Assembly: GCA_040880975.1 (NCBI GenBank)
Contig: JBBEEC010000061.1
Coordinates: forward strand, 11,325 to 75,324
DNA from: Bacteroidota bacterium
GTDB taxonomy: Bacteria > Bacteroidota > Ignavibacteria > UBA10030
Direction: 5' to 3'
DNA: 64,000 nt
Shown here in pieces: positions 37,021-46,387 of this stretch. The notes beneath the pieces were generated by a model that was given only the letters and a program-made list of their open reading frames with translations, was not told where the DNA came from and made no database searches. The translations under genes were made by a program, and so were the position numbers. Positions within the stretch are counted from its first letter, which is position 1, and every line of letters begins with the position of its first letter.

Positions 37021-37910
37021 ATGGCGATGTTTTGTTGAACGGGTGCCGTATCGCGCACCATTTGTGTGCCAATTCCCTCGTCGGTGAAGATCTCCAGCAG
37101 AAGCGAGTGTTTGACCCGGCCGTCAACGATATGCACTTTGTTGACCCCGGCATCCAGCGTCTCAAATGCCGATTGTACCTTCGGGATCATTCCTCCAAAA
37201 ATATCCCCTCGCTCAATCATCCTGCGTGCTTCGGACTGAGTCAGGGTGGACACAAGAGACCCACCGGCTATAATTCCTTCCACATCACTCAGATAAACCA
37301 ATTTTTCGGCTCCGAGGGCCGATGCGACAGCTGCCGCACCCAGGTCGGCGTTGACATTGAAGATCTCGCCCGCCGGGCCTATCGCCAGGGGCGCAATCAC
37401 CGGCATCATTCCATTCTGAAGGATCATTTGCAGAAACGAGGTGTTGACCGACGTAACGGTCCCTACGAACCCAAGATCCACTCCATTGCTCGTGAGCTTT
37501 TTTCCCTTCAGCAACGAATTATCCACTCCGCACAAACCGAGCGCGTTGCCTCCATTCTGATTGATCCCGTGAACAATTTCTTTGTTCAATCCGCCCGCCA
37601 GCACCATCATGACAACCCGTATCATACCCTCATCCGTGAACCGTTGGCCCTGGACAAACCGCGTCTCAATTCCCAACCGCGCGGCGGTATCCGTAATTTC
37701 CTTTCCACCGCCGTGCACGATGACGATATTAATCCCGATTTTCCGAAGGAGGGTGACATCCTTGGCAAACGTGAGTTTCAGACCTTCGTCCGTCATTGCC
37801 GAGCCGCCGTATTTGATCACAAAGGTTTTCCCCTCGTACGTCTGAATGTACGGCAGTGCTTCGATCAGCACTTCTTCCTTTGTAGCGTAATCGATGGTTT
37901 TGGGTGTCAC
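37017..37910 (-). CDS. argB: acetylglutamate kinase
   Basis: VIKYGGSAM amino-acid kinase N-terminal motif. Confidence 0.95.
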   Translation of the reverse strand: MTPKTIDYATKEEVLIEALPYIQTYEGKTFVIKYGGSAMTDEGLKLTFAKDVTLLRKIGINIVIVHGGGKEITDTAARLGIETRFVQGQRFTDEGMIRVVMMVLAGGLNKEIVHGINQNGGNALGLCGVDNSLLKGKKLTSNGVDLGFVGTVTSVNTSFLQMILQNGMMPVIAPLAIGPAGEIFNVNADLGAAAVASALGAEKLVYLSDVEGIIAGGSLVSTLTQSEARRMIERGDIFGGMIPKVQSAFETLDAGVNKVHIVDGRVKHSLLLEIFTDEGIGTQMVRDTAPVQQNIAI

Positions 37911-39127
37911 GACCGATAACTCGCGTTGATGTGGACGTATTCTTTTGTCAGGTCGCAGGTCCAGAATCTGGCGCTTTGGGAGCCCTGATTCAGGTCGATC
38001 GTCAGGAGCACCTGCTCCTGGGCAAGAGCCGACTTCGTTTTCTCTTCATCGAGCACGATTTCGTAATGTTTGTTGAGAACGGGAAGGTCATTGATCCGGA
38101 TCTCGATTTGCTCGGGATCCATTTCAATTCCGGAATATCCGACCGCAGCCATGATGCGGCCCCAATTGGCATCACAGCCATGAATGGCCGTTTTCACGAG
38201 ATTCGAGTTGGCGACAGACCGGGCCGCCTGGGCTGCCTCTTCTTCAGTCCGCGCACCTTTCACGCAGATCTCGATGAGCTTGGTGGCTCCTTCACCGTCG
38301 CGGGCGATCATTTTTGCGAGCTTGATCATCACATACTCAAGAGCCGCACAAAACAGGTGAAATTCCTCTGAATGTTCGCCGAACGGTTCGTTTTCAGCCA
38401 TACCGTTTGCAAGGACGACAGCCATGTCGTTGGTGCTCATATCACCGTCAACCGTGATTCGGTTGAACGACCGGTTATTTGCTCGGGTAAGGGCTTTTTG
38501 CAGAAGGGGGCGGCTGATGCGAATATCCGACGTCACGAAGGCAAGCATGGTGGCCATGTTCGGAGCGATCATTCCCGATCCTTTTGCCATTGCGCCGATT
38601 GTAACCAGGGACTTGCCCAGGGAAAACTGGACGGCGGTTTCTTTTGCGTACGTATCCGTCGTCATGATGGCTTCTGCGGCATCGCGGCTTCCGGCCTCGC
38701 TCAGCGAGGGAGCCAGTTGCCGGATACCCGAGATCACTTTGTCCATCGGAAGATATTGCCCGATCACGCCTGTTGATGAAACCAACACCCGCTCTTCCGC
38801 GAGGCCAAGGGACTCGCTCGCCGTTCTTACCATTTCCCAGGCATCGTTCAGCCCGCGTTCACCCGTGCAGGCGTTTGCGTTGCCGCTGTTCACAACCAGC
38901 GCAGAGCACAGAGAAGAGCGCTGGAGTTGGATCTTGTCCACCACCAGGGGCGCGGCCACCGTTTTGTTGACGGTGAACACCGCTGCGACCGTCGCGGGGA
39001 CATGGGAAGCAATGATGGCAATGTCTTTCTTTGCCTTTCGAATCCCGCAATATGATCCGCCCGCCTTAAACCCTCGGGGCGTTGTTACTCCTCCACTGCA
39101 TTCCCGCACAGGTGCCGATGCTTTCAT
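37907..39127 (-). CDS. argJ: bifunctional glutamate N-acetyltransferase / amino-acid acetyltransferase
   Basis: Autoproteolytic ATML site (PNMATMLAF); full-length ArgJ. Confidence 0.95.
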   Translation of the reverse strand: MKASAPVRECSGGVTTPRGFKAGGSYCGIRKAKKDIAIIASHVPATVAAVFTVNKTVAAPLVVDKIQLQRSSLCSALVVNSGNANACTGERGLNDAWEMVRTASESLGLAEERVLVSSTGVIGQYLPMDKVISGIRQLAPSLSEAGSRDAAEAIMTTDTYAKETAVQFSLGKSLVTIGAMAKGSGMIAPNMATMLAFVTSDIRISRPLLQKALTRANNRSFNRITVDGDMSTNDMAVVLANGMAENEPFGEHSEEFHLFCAALEYVMIKLAKMIARDGEGATKLIEICVKGARTEEEAAQAARSVANSNLVKTAIHGCDANWGRIMAAVGYSGIEMDPEQIEIRINDLPVLNKHYEIVLDEEKTKSALAQEQVLLTIDLNQGSQSARFWTCDLTKEYVHINASYRS

Positions 39128-40161
39128 AGAAGCCCTTCCGTCTCGTTCAACCCGAACATAATGTTCATATTTTGGACCGCCTGCCCCGCCGCCCCTTTGA
39201 AGAGATTGTCAAGGGAGGAAATGAGGATAAGCATATTGTTCTCGCGGTCGATGCGAAATCCGATATCAAGAAAATTCGTGTTCGTCACATGCTTGATCTC
39301 GGGAATTCTCTCTTGGGAGAAACGGATGAACGGCTCCAGATCATAGTGTGATCGAAACACTTCAAGGATATGTTCAAGAGAAGCATCCTGAGCGAGGGGG
39401 GCATAGATGCTTGTATAGATACCCCGTGTTATGGGAAGCAGGTGGGGAACGAAACTGACCGATATCTTCCTTCCGGTGAGATCTGATAGAACCGACCTGA
39501 TCTCCGGAGTGTGCTGATGCACCGCCACCTTATAAGCTTTCACCGATTCATTGACTTCAGCAAAAGACATTTCCGGCGATGCGCTGCGGCCCGCACCTGA
39601 AACGCCCGACAGTGAGTTGATGACGATGCCGTCATCGCGAATTACTTTCTCCTTCAACAGGGGCAGGAGGGGGAGAAGAGCGCTGGTTGGATAACAGCCG
39701 GGATTGGCGACAAGGTTTGCCTTCCGTATCGCGTCCCGGTTCCATTCTGGAAGACCGTACACGGCCTGATTGAGAAGCGCGGGGGATGAGTGTTGATGCT
39801 TATAGTAGTGTTCATACACCGAGACGTCCTTCAATCGAAAATCTCCCCCGAGATCAATTATGCGTTTTCCGCGTTGAAGGAGTTCCGGAACAATGCGCAT
39901 GGCCTCGCCCGATGGGAGTGCAATGAAGATCAGCTCGCTTGAACAGGCCGCGTCCGGCGAGTATTGTTCCAGGACAGGAGCATCGGAGTGCTTTGAATTC
40001 ACGGAAAAACGGGGGAAAACATCAAAAAAAGGCTTCCCGGCAGATGTGTTGGCGAAGAGCTTACCAATGCGGACGGATGAATGGCGGGACAGCAGGGAAT
40101 AGAGCTCGGCACCGGAATATCCGGATGCCCCCACAATAGAAACGGTTGGCGTAGCCTCCAT
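39124..40161 (-). CDS. argC: N-acetyl-gamma-glutamyl-phosphate reductase
   Basis: N-terminal VSIVGASGYSGAEL Rossmann motif, catalytic Cys region; start assigned to ATG at 40159-40161 (MEATPTV...). Confidence 0.9.
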   Translation of the reverse strand: MEATPTVSIVGASGYSGAELYSLLSRHSSVRIGKLFANTSAGKPFFDVFPRFSVNSKHSDAPVLEQYSPDAACSSELIFIALPSGEAMRIVPELLQRGKRIIDLGGDFRLKDVSVYEHYYKHQHSSPALLNQAVYGLPEWNRDAIRKANLVANPGCYPTSALLPLLPLLKEKVIRDDGIVINSLSGVSGAGRSASPEMSFAEVNESVKAYKVAVHQHTPEIRSVLSDLTGRKISVSFVPHLLPITRGIYTSIYAPLAQDASLEHILEVFRSHYDLEPFIRFSQERIPEIKHVTNTNFLDIGFRIDRENNMLILISSLDNLFKGAAGQAVQNMNIMFGLNETEGLL

Positions 40162-40197
40162 GCATAAATATGCATTAATCTGTATAAATATGCAAGG
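40161..40197 (-). promoter_or_regulatory. two tandem ARG-box-like palindromes (candidate ArgR operator) abutting the argC start codon
   Basis: TGCATAAATATGCA (40161-40174, perfect palindrome around AA) and TGTATAAATATGCA (40181-40194, one mismatch), centre-to-centre 20 bp; resembles TGAATwwwwATTCA ARG-box cores. Confidence 0.5.
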
Positions 40198-40213
40198 ACT
40201 TTTTTGATGGGGC

Positions 40214-40246
40214 AAAAAAAAACGCCCCGATTTGCCCGGGGCGTCT
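40214..40246 (-). terminator. Rho-independent terminator of the outer-membrane-protein gene (minus strand)
   Basis: Stem ACGCCCCG ... CGGGGCGT (40223-40230 / 40237-40244) with A9 run on + strand (T9 on minus) immediately 3-prime of the hairpin. Confidence 0.6.
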
Positions 40247-40267
40247 TTGATGCGGAAAAGCCGGAAA

Positions 40268-41644
40268 TCAGTTGAACTTGACGGAGATTGACACTACGCC
40301 AAACAGGTCCTGTATTCGGCCACTGAGAAGCCAAGTACCGGCTGCCAGAACGCGTTCGCCAACGTACCCATCAATGGAAACCCTGTTCAAGAGAAGCCCA
40401 AGGCCGAGGGAAACCTGCTGTTGGGCGCCGGTAAATCCGAGTGACGGAATGTAACCGGGTTCCAACGATGTGCTGGTTTCGGTTTTCTGAGCGGGAGCCG
40501 GTGCTTCCTGCGTTGTACTCATCGACGAGAGTCGCTTGAAATATCCAAGCCGGCCCTTCATCCACGAAAGCAGCTCAACCTCTGCACCAAGATTGATTTT
40601 CGGGAGATCGAACCAGCTCCGTTTGTTTTTGACTGTCTGGAGGGGTGTCCCCGCGCCGCCGGGCTGACTGATGACATCATTCGTCAGCGAGATACTCTGA
40701 ACCGCAAGTCCCACTGTAACCCATCCGCCCTCAAACGATGAATTTGCGCCGACGCCGACCTCAAACTCTGTTCGGCCATAATCGTTCTCCGACGTAAGTA
40801 CCGGGGCAGGGGGCGCAGGAGTCGTGTTATCGGTGATTTCTGGTTTGTATCCAAAGGTCGCAAACCGGACCTGAGGAACCACTGTCAGCCTGTCCGTGAG
40901 CTTCATAAAAATCCTGCCATTGACACCAATTTCGGTCCCACTTGCACTGTAGGCTGCTGCGGTCGGGTTGGCGCCGGGGTTCGAATCAGCAAAATCGGCG
41001 GAAGAAGAGTTGATGCGGAAAAGGACACTGGCATCGACAAGAAGGCTCGAGCTCAGCTCAAGCAAGATTCCGCCTTTAATGCCGGTCTGGTTATTGGAAA
41101 CCTCCAATTTCTGCATTGCTCCCATAGAGCCGGTTCCATCATCGAGAAAATTCCACCACGACCGGTAGAGCCCTCCACCTATCGTGAGCGGGCCTGCTTT
41201 GAATGCACCAAAAACCTGGAAGGGAGCAAGCGGCTCACCTCCCGCTACCGGAATATATGCATTGATGTTTGTTGCCATATAATCCGAATTGGCAAACACT
41301 CCTGCCCCGTATGCATTTTCAGCAAACATCGGGCCTTCGCGTCTTCCAATCGCCACACCAAGTGCCAAATCACCCAAGCCCAGTGTATAGGCCGCGTACT
41401 GACCAGGAGCGAAGTACTGTTGGGCAAAACTATTGCCGAGCTCTCCAAAGAGAAGATCCTTGTTCCACGCCGCATACGCAGGATTGGTGAAAACGTCAGT
41501 ATAATCCTGGATATAAGGGTTATTGGGACCTCCGCCTAAGGCTGACGTACGGCCGTAACCGCCGCTGAGCGCCTTTGGCTTCTCCTGAGCTTCCGTCATT
41601 CCTATGACCAGGAAGACAAGGAGAACACTTAAGAGTTGTTTCAT
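40268..41644 (-). CDS. putative outer membrane beta-barrel protein (porin-like, unknown function)
   Basis: Signal peptide MKQLLSVLLVFLVIGMTEAQE; Gly/Ala/Ser-rich alternating pattern throughout. Confidence 0.45.
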   Translation of the reverse strand: MKQLLSVLLVFLVIGMTEAQEKPKALSGGYGRTSALGGGPNNPYIQDYTDVFTNPAYAAWNKDLLFGELGNSFAQQYFAPGQYAAYTLGLGDLALGVAIGRREGPMFAENAYGAGVFANSDYMATNINAYIPVAGGEPLAPFQVFGAFKAGPLTIGGGLYRSWWNFLDDGTGSMGAMQKLEVSNNQTGIKGGILLELSSSLLVDASVLFRINSSSADFADSNPGANPTAAAYSASGTEIGVNGRIFMKLTDRLTVVPQVRFATFGYKPEITDNTTPAPPAPVLTSENDYGRTEFEVGVGANSSFEGGWVTVGLAVQSISLTNDVISQPGGAGTPLQTVKNKRSWFDLPKINLGAEVELLSWMKGRLGYFKRLSSMSTTQEAPAPAQKTETSTSLEPGYIPSLGFTGAQQQVSLGLGLLLNRVSIDGYVGERVLAAGTWLLSGRIQDLFGVVSISVKFN

Positions 41645-41854
41645 AAGAATCCTTTCGGGATGTTGGTGAATTCATTGAATTTAAGCGACCAATCAAATAT
41701 AATCGCAAAAAACTTATTTGCAACTTATCCACATGAGTACGGTCACACGGCATTTTTGCCAATTTTTGACGTTTCAAAGGTAATAAAAAGTTTTGTAACT
41801 TACAGCCGAAATTTCATGCTACCCCTTTAACGATAAGCCTAAGTGCTTTAGAAT

Positions 41855-42952
41855 ATGGGATTTACGTGCGGAATTGTCGGATTACCAAACGTTGGCAAAT
41901 CCACTCTCTTTAATGCAATAACCGCTGCAGGTGCCGAGGCGGCGAATTATCCGTTTTGCACAATTGATCCCAATGTTGGGGTCGTGACTGTTCCTGATGC
42001 CAGGCTCAACAGGCTCGTCGATATCTTTAAGCCGGCCAAGATCGTTCCCACCACAATAGAATTCCTCGACATTGCGGGATTAGTCAAGGGCGCAAGCAAA
42101 GGCGAGGGCCTTGGAAATCAATTTCTCTCCCACATCAGAAATGTTGATGCCATTGCCCATGTCGTCCGTTGTTTCGACGATCCAAATGTCGTCCATGTCG
42201 ATGGCACCGTGGATCCCAAACGTGACATCGAAGTCATCGAAACGGAATTGATCCTCAAGGACCTTGAAACGGTTGAAAAGAAGTTTTCCGACGCAGAGAA
42301 ACGTGCAAGGAGCGGTGACAAGAAAACAAAGCTTGAGGCGGACTTTTTCTCGAAGGTGCGCGACCATCTCTCTACCGGAAGGCTTGCAAGGTATTTCACG
42401 CTCCAGAATGATGAAGAGATGTTGTGGATGCGGGACCTCCATCTTCTCACGAGAAAACCTGTGATGTACGTCTGCAACGTCCACGAGAAAGATCTTCTGG
42501 CCGCCAACGGGTACGTCGATCGTGTCAGGGAAATCGCGGCGAAGGAGGGGGCAAAGGTCGCTGTCGTTTCAGCTGCGGTCGAGGCCGAGGTTGCAGAACT
42601 TCCCGAAGGAGAGCGGGCTCATTTTCTGGAGGGATTGGGACTCAGGGAGTCGGGGCTGAACCAGGTCATCCGGGAGGGCTACGACCTTCTGCACCTGATC
42701 ACATTCTTCACGGCCGGTCCCAAGGAAGTGCATGCATGGACCGTGGAGCGAGGGACGCCCGCGCCTCAGGCGGCCGGGGTCATCCACTCGGACTTCGAAC
42801 AAGGCTTCATTCGCGCCGAAATCATGAGCTTCACGGACATCGACCGGCTCGGATCCGAGCCCGCTGTCAAAGAAAACGGGCTGATGAGGGTCGAGGGACG
42901 CGAGTACCTCGTTCAGGACGGAGATATCGTGTTCTTCCGATTCAACGTTTAG
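41855..42952 (+). CDS. ychF: redox-regulated ribosome-binding ATPase YchF (Obg-like)
   Basis: GIVGLPNVGKSTLFNA P-loop, TGS C-terminal domain. Confidence 0.95.
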   Translation: MGFTCGIVGLPNVGKSTLFNAITAAGAEAANYPFCTIDPNVGVVTVPDARLNRLVDIFKPAKIVPTTIEFLDIAGLVKGASKGEGLGNQFLSHIRNVDAIAHVVRCFDDPNVVHVDGTVDPKRDIEVIETELILKDLETVEKKFSDAEKRARSGDKKTKLEADFFSKVRDHLSTGRLARYFTLQNDEEMLWMRDLHLLTRKPVMYVCNVHEKDLLAANGYVDRVREIAAKEGAKVAVVSAAVEAEVAELPEGERAHFLEGLGLRESGLNQVIREGYDLLHLITFFTAGPKEVHAWTVERGTPAPQAAGVIHSDFEQGFIRAEIMSFTDIDRLGSEPAVKENGLMRVEGREYLVQDGDIVFFRFNV

Positions 42953-42962
42953 AAATTGCCGA

Positions 42963-44444
42963 TCAAAGCTTGGGGGGGGGTCCCAGAATGTCCTCAATCG
43001 ATTTCAACTGCACCGCCCCCAGCTTCAACCCTCGTATCCCCTTTTCAATCACCGCTTTATCTCCCACGACGATCACGGCCATTTTGTCCGACAGAACGTA
43101 TTCCCGAGCCACCTGCTCAACATCGGCCTTCTTGACGGCAAGGACCTTGTTCACGTACGTGTTAAAATAATTGTCCGGAAGATTAAACGTGATCATCTCT
43201 GCCAGCATCCCTGCGATCTGACCTACGGATTCGAAGTTATCCGGATATCCAAGGGCTATATAATTCTTCGCTTTCTCGAATTCCTCCTCCGGCATCGACT
43301 TCTGAATATCTCGGAATTCTTTGAAGAATTCGAATAAAGCGCTGTCCGTCACGTTGGTTTGTACTGCAGAATATGCCATAAACGGGCCGGGGAGCGGACG
43401 CATGTCAAAAAAAGAGCCTGCGCCATAGGAATATCCGTGCTCCTCCCGCAGATTTTGATTCAACCGGGAAGTAAAAGACCCGCCGAGTATCGTATTCATG
43501 ACAATAATCGGAAAATAGTCCTGGGTCATGCGTGGAACGCCGATTCTTCCTATGCGGATCTCCGATTGTGCCGCTCCCGGCTTATCAATGAGATAAACGG
43601 CCCTCCGCTCTACCTGGTTCGCATCGGGCCAATTGACAGAAGCTGTCGTTCTTCCCTTCCATCCTCCGAAAACGGATTCAAGCTTCTTCTCAATCTCCGC
43701 TTTTCCCACGTCTCCAACTACAATAAGCGTCACATTGTTCGGGTTATAATATGTGTCATGAAATCGTTTGAGATCCGAGACTTTCATCGCCCGGAGCGAT
43801 TGCTCGTTTCCAATCGAAGGCACCCCGTAGGGATGCCTTGAACCATACAGCGTTTGACTGAATGCAACGGATGCGATCGTCCCCGGTTGGTCGTGCCATT
43901 GAACCAGAGTGGTCATCCGTTCTTTTCGCAGCCTGTCAAGTTCTTCGACGGGAAATGTCGGCTTCATGCCGATGTCACCCATCAAGGGTAAGGCTGCGTC
44001 GAGTTTGGAAACGGGTGTGTGCAGGGCAACAACGCTCGTATGCTGACCGGCGTTTGTAGTGATCCTGGCACCAAGAAAATCAATTGCATCCGCCACTTCC
44101 AGCGCCGTGCGAGTGCCGGCACCTTCGTCGAGCATGGCCGCTGTCATGCTGGCGACTCCGGCTTTGTCCGTTGCTTCCATTGCAGATCCTGTTTTGACGA
44201 GCAGATTAATCTGAACAATCGGAACCCCTCGTTTTTCCATCAGCACAACAGGAAGTCCGTTGGAGAGTTTGAATTTCTGAATTGCCGGCAAACTTAGTGT
44301 GCCCGGAGCTCCAAGCGGAGGGGGGGCGGATCGGTTGGGTTTTTGGGCCGCTGCAATGCCAGCAACCGTCAACAGCGCAATACCGAGACCGACGATTCTT
44401 TCGATCATCCCGAGGCCCTTTTTCTGCATGATGAATAAATTCAT
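42963..44444 (-). CDS. M16 family peptidase, non-catalytic-type partner subunit, secreted
   Basis: Pitrilysin-fold layout with signal peptide but no HxxEH motif; 4-nt overlap with the upstream M16 gene. Confidence 0.75.
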   Translation of the reverse strand: MNLFIMQKKGLGMIERIVGLGIALLTVAGIAAAQKPNRSAPPPLGAPGTLSLPAIQKFKLSNGLPVVLMEKRGVPIVQINLLVKTGSAMEATDKAGVASMTAAMLDEGAGTRTALEVADAIDFLGARITTNAGQHTSVVALHTPVSKLDAALPLMGDIGMKPTFPVEELDRLRKERMTTLVQWHDQPGTIASVAFSQTLYGSRHPYGVPSIGNEQSLRAMKVSDLKRFHDTYYNPNNVTLIVVGDVGKAEIEKKLESVFGGWKGRTTASVNWPDANQVERRAVYLIDKPGAAQSEIRIGRIGVPRMTQDYFPIIVMNTILGGSFTSRLNQNLREEHGYSYGAGSFFDMRPLPGPFMAYSAVQTNVTDSALFEFFKEFRDIQKSMPEEEFEKAKNYIALGYPDNFESVGQIAGMLAEMITFNLPDNYFNTYVNKVLAVKKADVEQVAREYVLSDKMAVIVVGDKAVIEKGIRGLKLGAVQLKSIEDILGPPPKL

Positions 44445-45802
44445 GGCATCACCTCCTGGCTTTCAGCGGCCGAAAGGTCTTTCTTTCCTTGCGGAACAAC
44501 ACTCAGCACCACACGGGCGCCGTCCGGAAGGAACGACTGCGCCATCGCCCGGATATCGTTCTGCCGCACGGCCTTGTAACGCCCCAGATCCTCATTGAAG
44601 TAATCGGGGTTCCCAGTCCTCACAAAATAGTTGTTCAATTGATCAGCTTTCCCGGCTGAGGTTTCAAGGCCGTCAAGAAACGAAGCTTCATACTGGTTGG
44701 TTGCGCGTTGCACTTCGCGCTCCGCCGGCCCTTCGATTTTCAAACGGTCTATTTCCTCTTGAATGACAGCTTCCAGCTCTGCAAGTGTGTGTCCCACCCG
44801 CGCGGTGGCGATGATCCAGAAAGACGAGGAGAGAGATGCTGAGGCTTGAAAGGCCGAGACATCCTGTGCAATCTGCAGATCATAGACCAGTCTCTTATAG
44901 AGCCTGGAGTTCTTTCCGCCCGCCAGAATGTTTGCGAGGATGTCCATTTCCGCATCGCCGGGTTTGAAGAGCGCCGGGGTCAACCAGGACATATAGAGCC
45001 GCGGGAGCTGAACACGGTCTTCCATCACGAGGCGTTTTTCCACTGTCAACGAAGTTGCAGGCGGGTCTATCGGCTCAACGGGTTTGCCGGCCGGAATTTC
45101 ATCAAACCACTGGGCGGCCAGGGCCTTTGCTTGCTCGATGTTGATATCGCCGGCGATCACCATGCTCGCGTTGTTGGGGACATAATATTTTTTGAAGAAT
45201 TCCACCACATCATCATAACTGGCGGCTGACAGGTCTGCCATCGATCCGATGGTCGGCCATGAGTAAGGATGGTCCTTGGGGTAGATGTTCTGAGCCATGA
45301 CAATCCACACCATTCCGTACGGCTGATTTTCATAGCGTTGCCGGCGTTCGTTTTTCACGACATCGCGCTGGCCGTCGACTTTTTCGGGGGACATGGCATC
45401 CAGCAGGAAGCCCAATCTGTCCGATTCGAGGAAGAGGGCGAGCTCGAGCGCATTGCCGGGCATGTTTTCATAGTAGTTCGTCCGATCCGTGTTGGTCGAT
45501 CCGTTATTGTCTCCTCCGGCTGCTTCGAGCCATACGTCGAACATCCCTTCCGGTACGTTTCCCGATCCCTCAAACATGATATGCTCAAACAAATGAGCGA
45601 ATCCGGTTCTCCCCGGCTTCTCATGACCGGAACCCACATGATACCACATGTTCACGGAAACCCTTGGGATGGTGTGATCCTCGTGCAATATGACATTCAG
45701 TCCGTTTTGCAGCTCTATTCTCTCGTACGGAACACTCAGACTCGCCTCTTGAGCCCGGAGAAAAGCTAGCGGGAGCAAAAACAACAAGAGTATTCGTTTC
45801 AT
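44441..45802 (-). CDS. M16 family zinc peptidase (insulinase-like, catalytic), secreted
   Basis: Inverted zinc motif HLFEHIMFEG (HxxEH); signal peptide. Confidence 0.85.
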   Translation of the reverse strand: MKRILLLFLLPLAFLRAQEASLSVPYERIELQNGLNVILHEDHTIPRVSVNMWYHVGSGHEKPGRTGFAHLFEHIMFEGSGNVPEGMFDVWLEAAGGDNNGSTNTDRTNYYENMPGNALELALFLESDRLGFLLDAMSPEKVDGQRDVVKNERRQRYENQPYGMVWIVMAQNIYPKDHPYSWPTIGSMADLSAASYDDVVEFFKKYYVPNNASMVIAGDINIEQAKALAAQWFDEIPAGKPVEPIDPPATSLTVEKRLVMEDRVQLPRLYMSWLTPALFKPGDAEMDILANILAGGKNSRLYKRLVYDLQIAQDVSAFQASASLSSSFWIIATARVGHTLAELEAVIQEEIDRLKIEGPAEREVQRATNQYEASFLDGLETSAGKADQLNNYFVRTGNPDYFNEDLGRYKAVRQNDIRAMAQSFLPDGARVVLSVVPQGKKDLSAAESQEVMP

Positions 45803-46387
45803 ACAATCTCCTCTGAAAAATGCATAATGGGTTTACGGATGGAACGGAGGTTCGGTTGCGGTGTGCTCGACATGATTGCCTTACATGTGAATCATACTCA
45901 AATCTTCCCGAAAAGTAAAGAATGGATGGTCCGCTGGCGGTTGTCAGAACTGAGAATTTTTTCACGGATGCACAATCTACCGTTTATCCTGGGACGAAAA
46001 GCAAGACCATTCGTTTTTTCAACACAATACGAGGAATCATTGTGACAATCTTCATCATCATCGTCGCTCATCACTCCCTTGAGTGCCTCTGTCACAATTC
46101 AAAATGGAAAGTCGCAATGCAATCCTATTTTTGAGGAGAGAAATATTCATGCAGTCATTCTCGAAATTCAAAATCGATTTTTATTGTGATCTCGAATAAC
46201 GACGAAAAAAGCTCTTTTTCGAAGATCAGTGCAAGGTACGGATATTGTTACCACATGCGGCATCATTACTTCTATCATGAAATAGTGCAAATGATTCCTG
46301 CTTTACCGCCGTCCGAGAGGACAGCCTCGGGGAACCAACAATGCGAACAAGTGTATCTGTCTTTCACCACCCAGGAAGGATATCATC

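Noticed and set aside
42424-43170. 248-aa Arg/Gly-rich + strand ORF overlapping the ychF 3-prime end and the M16 gene
   Set aside because: It is out of frame with ychF and antisense to a well-supported M16 peptidase gene. The composition is characteristic of spurious GC-rich ORFs.
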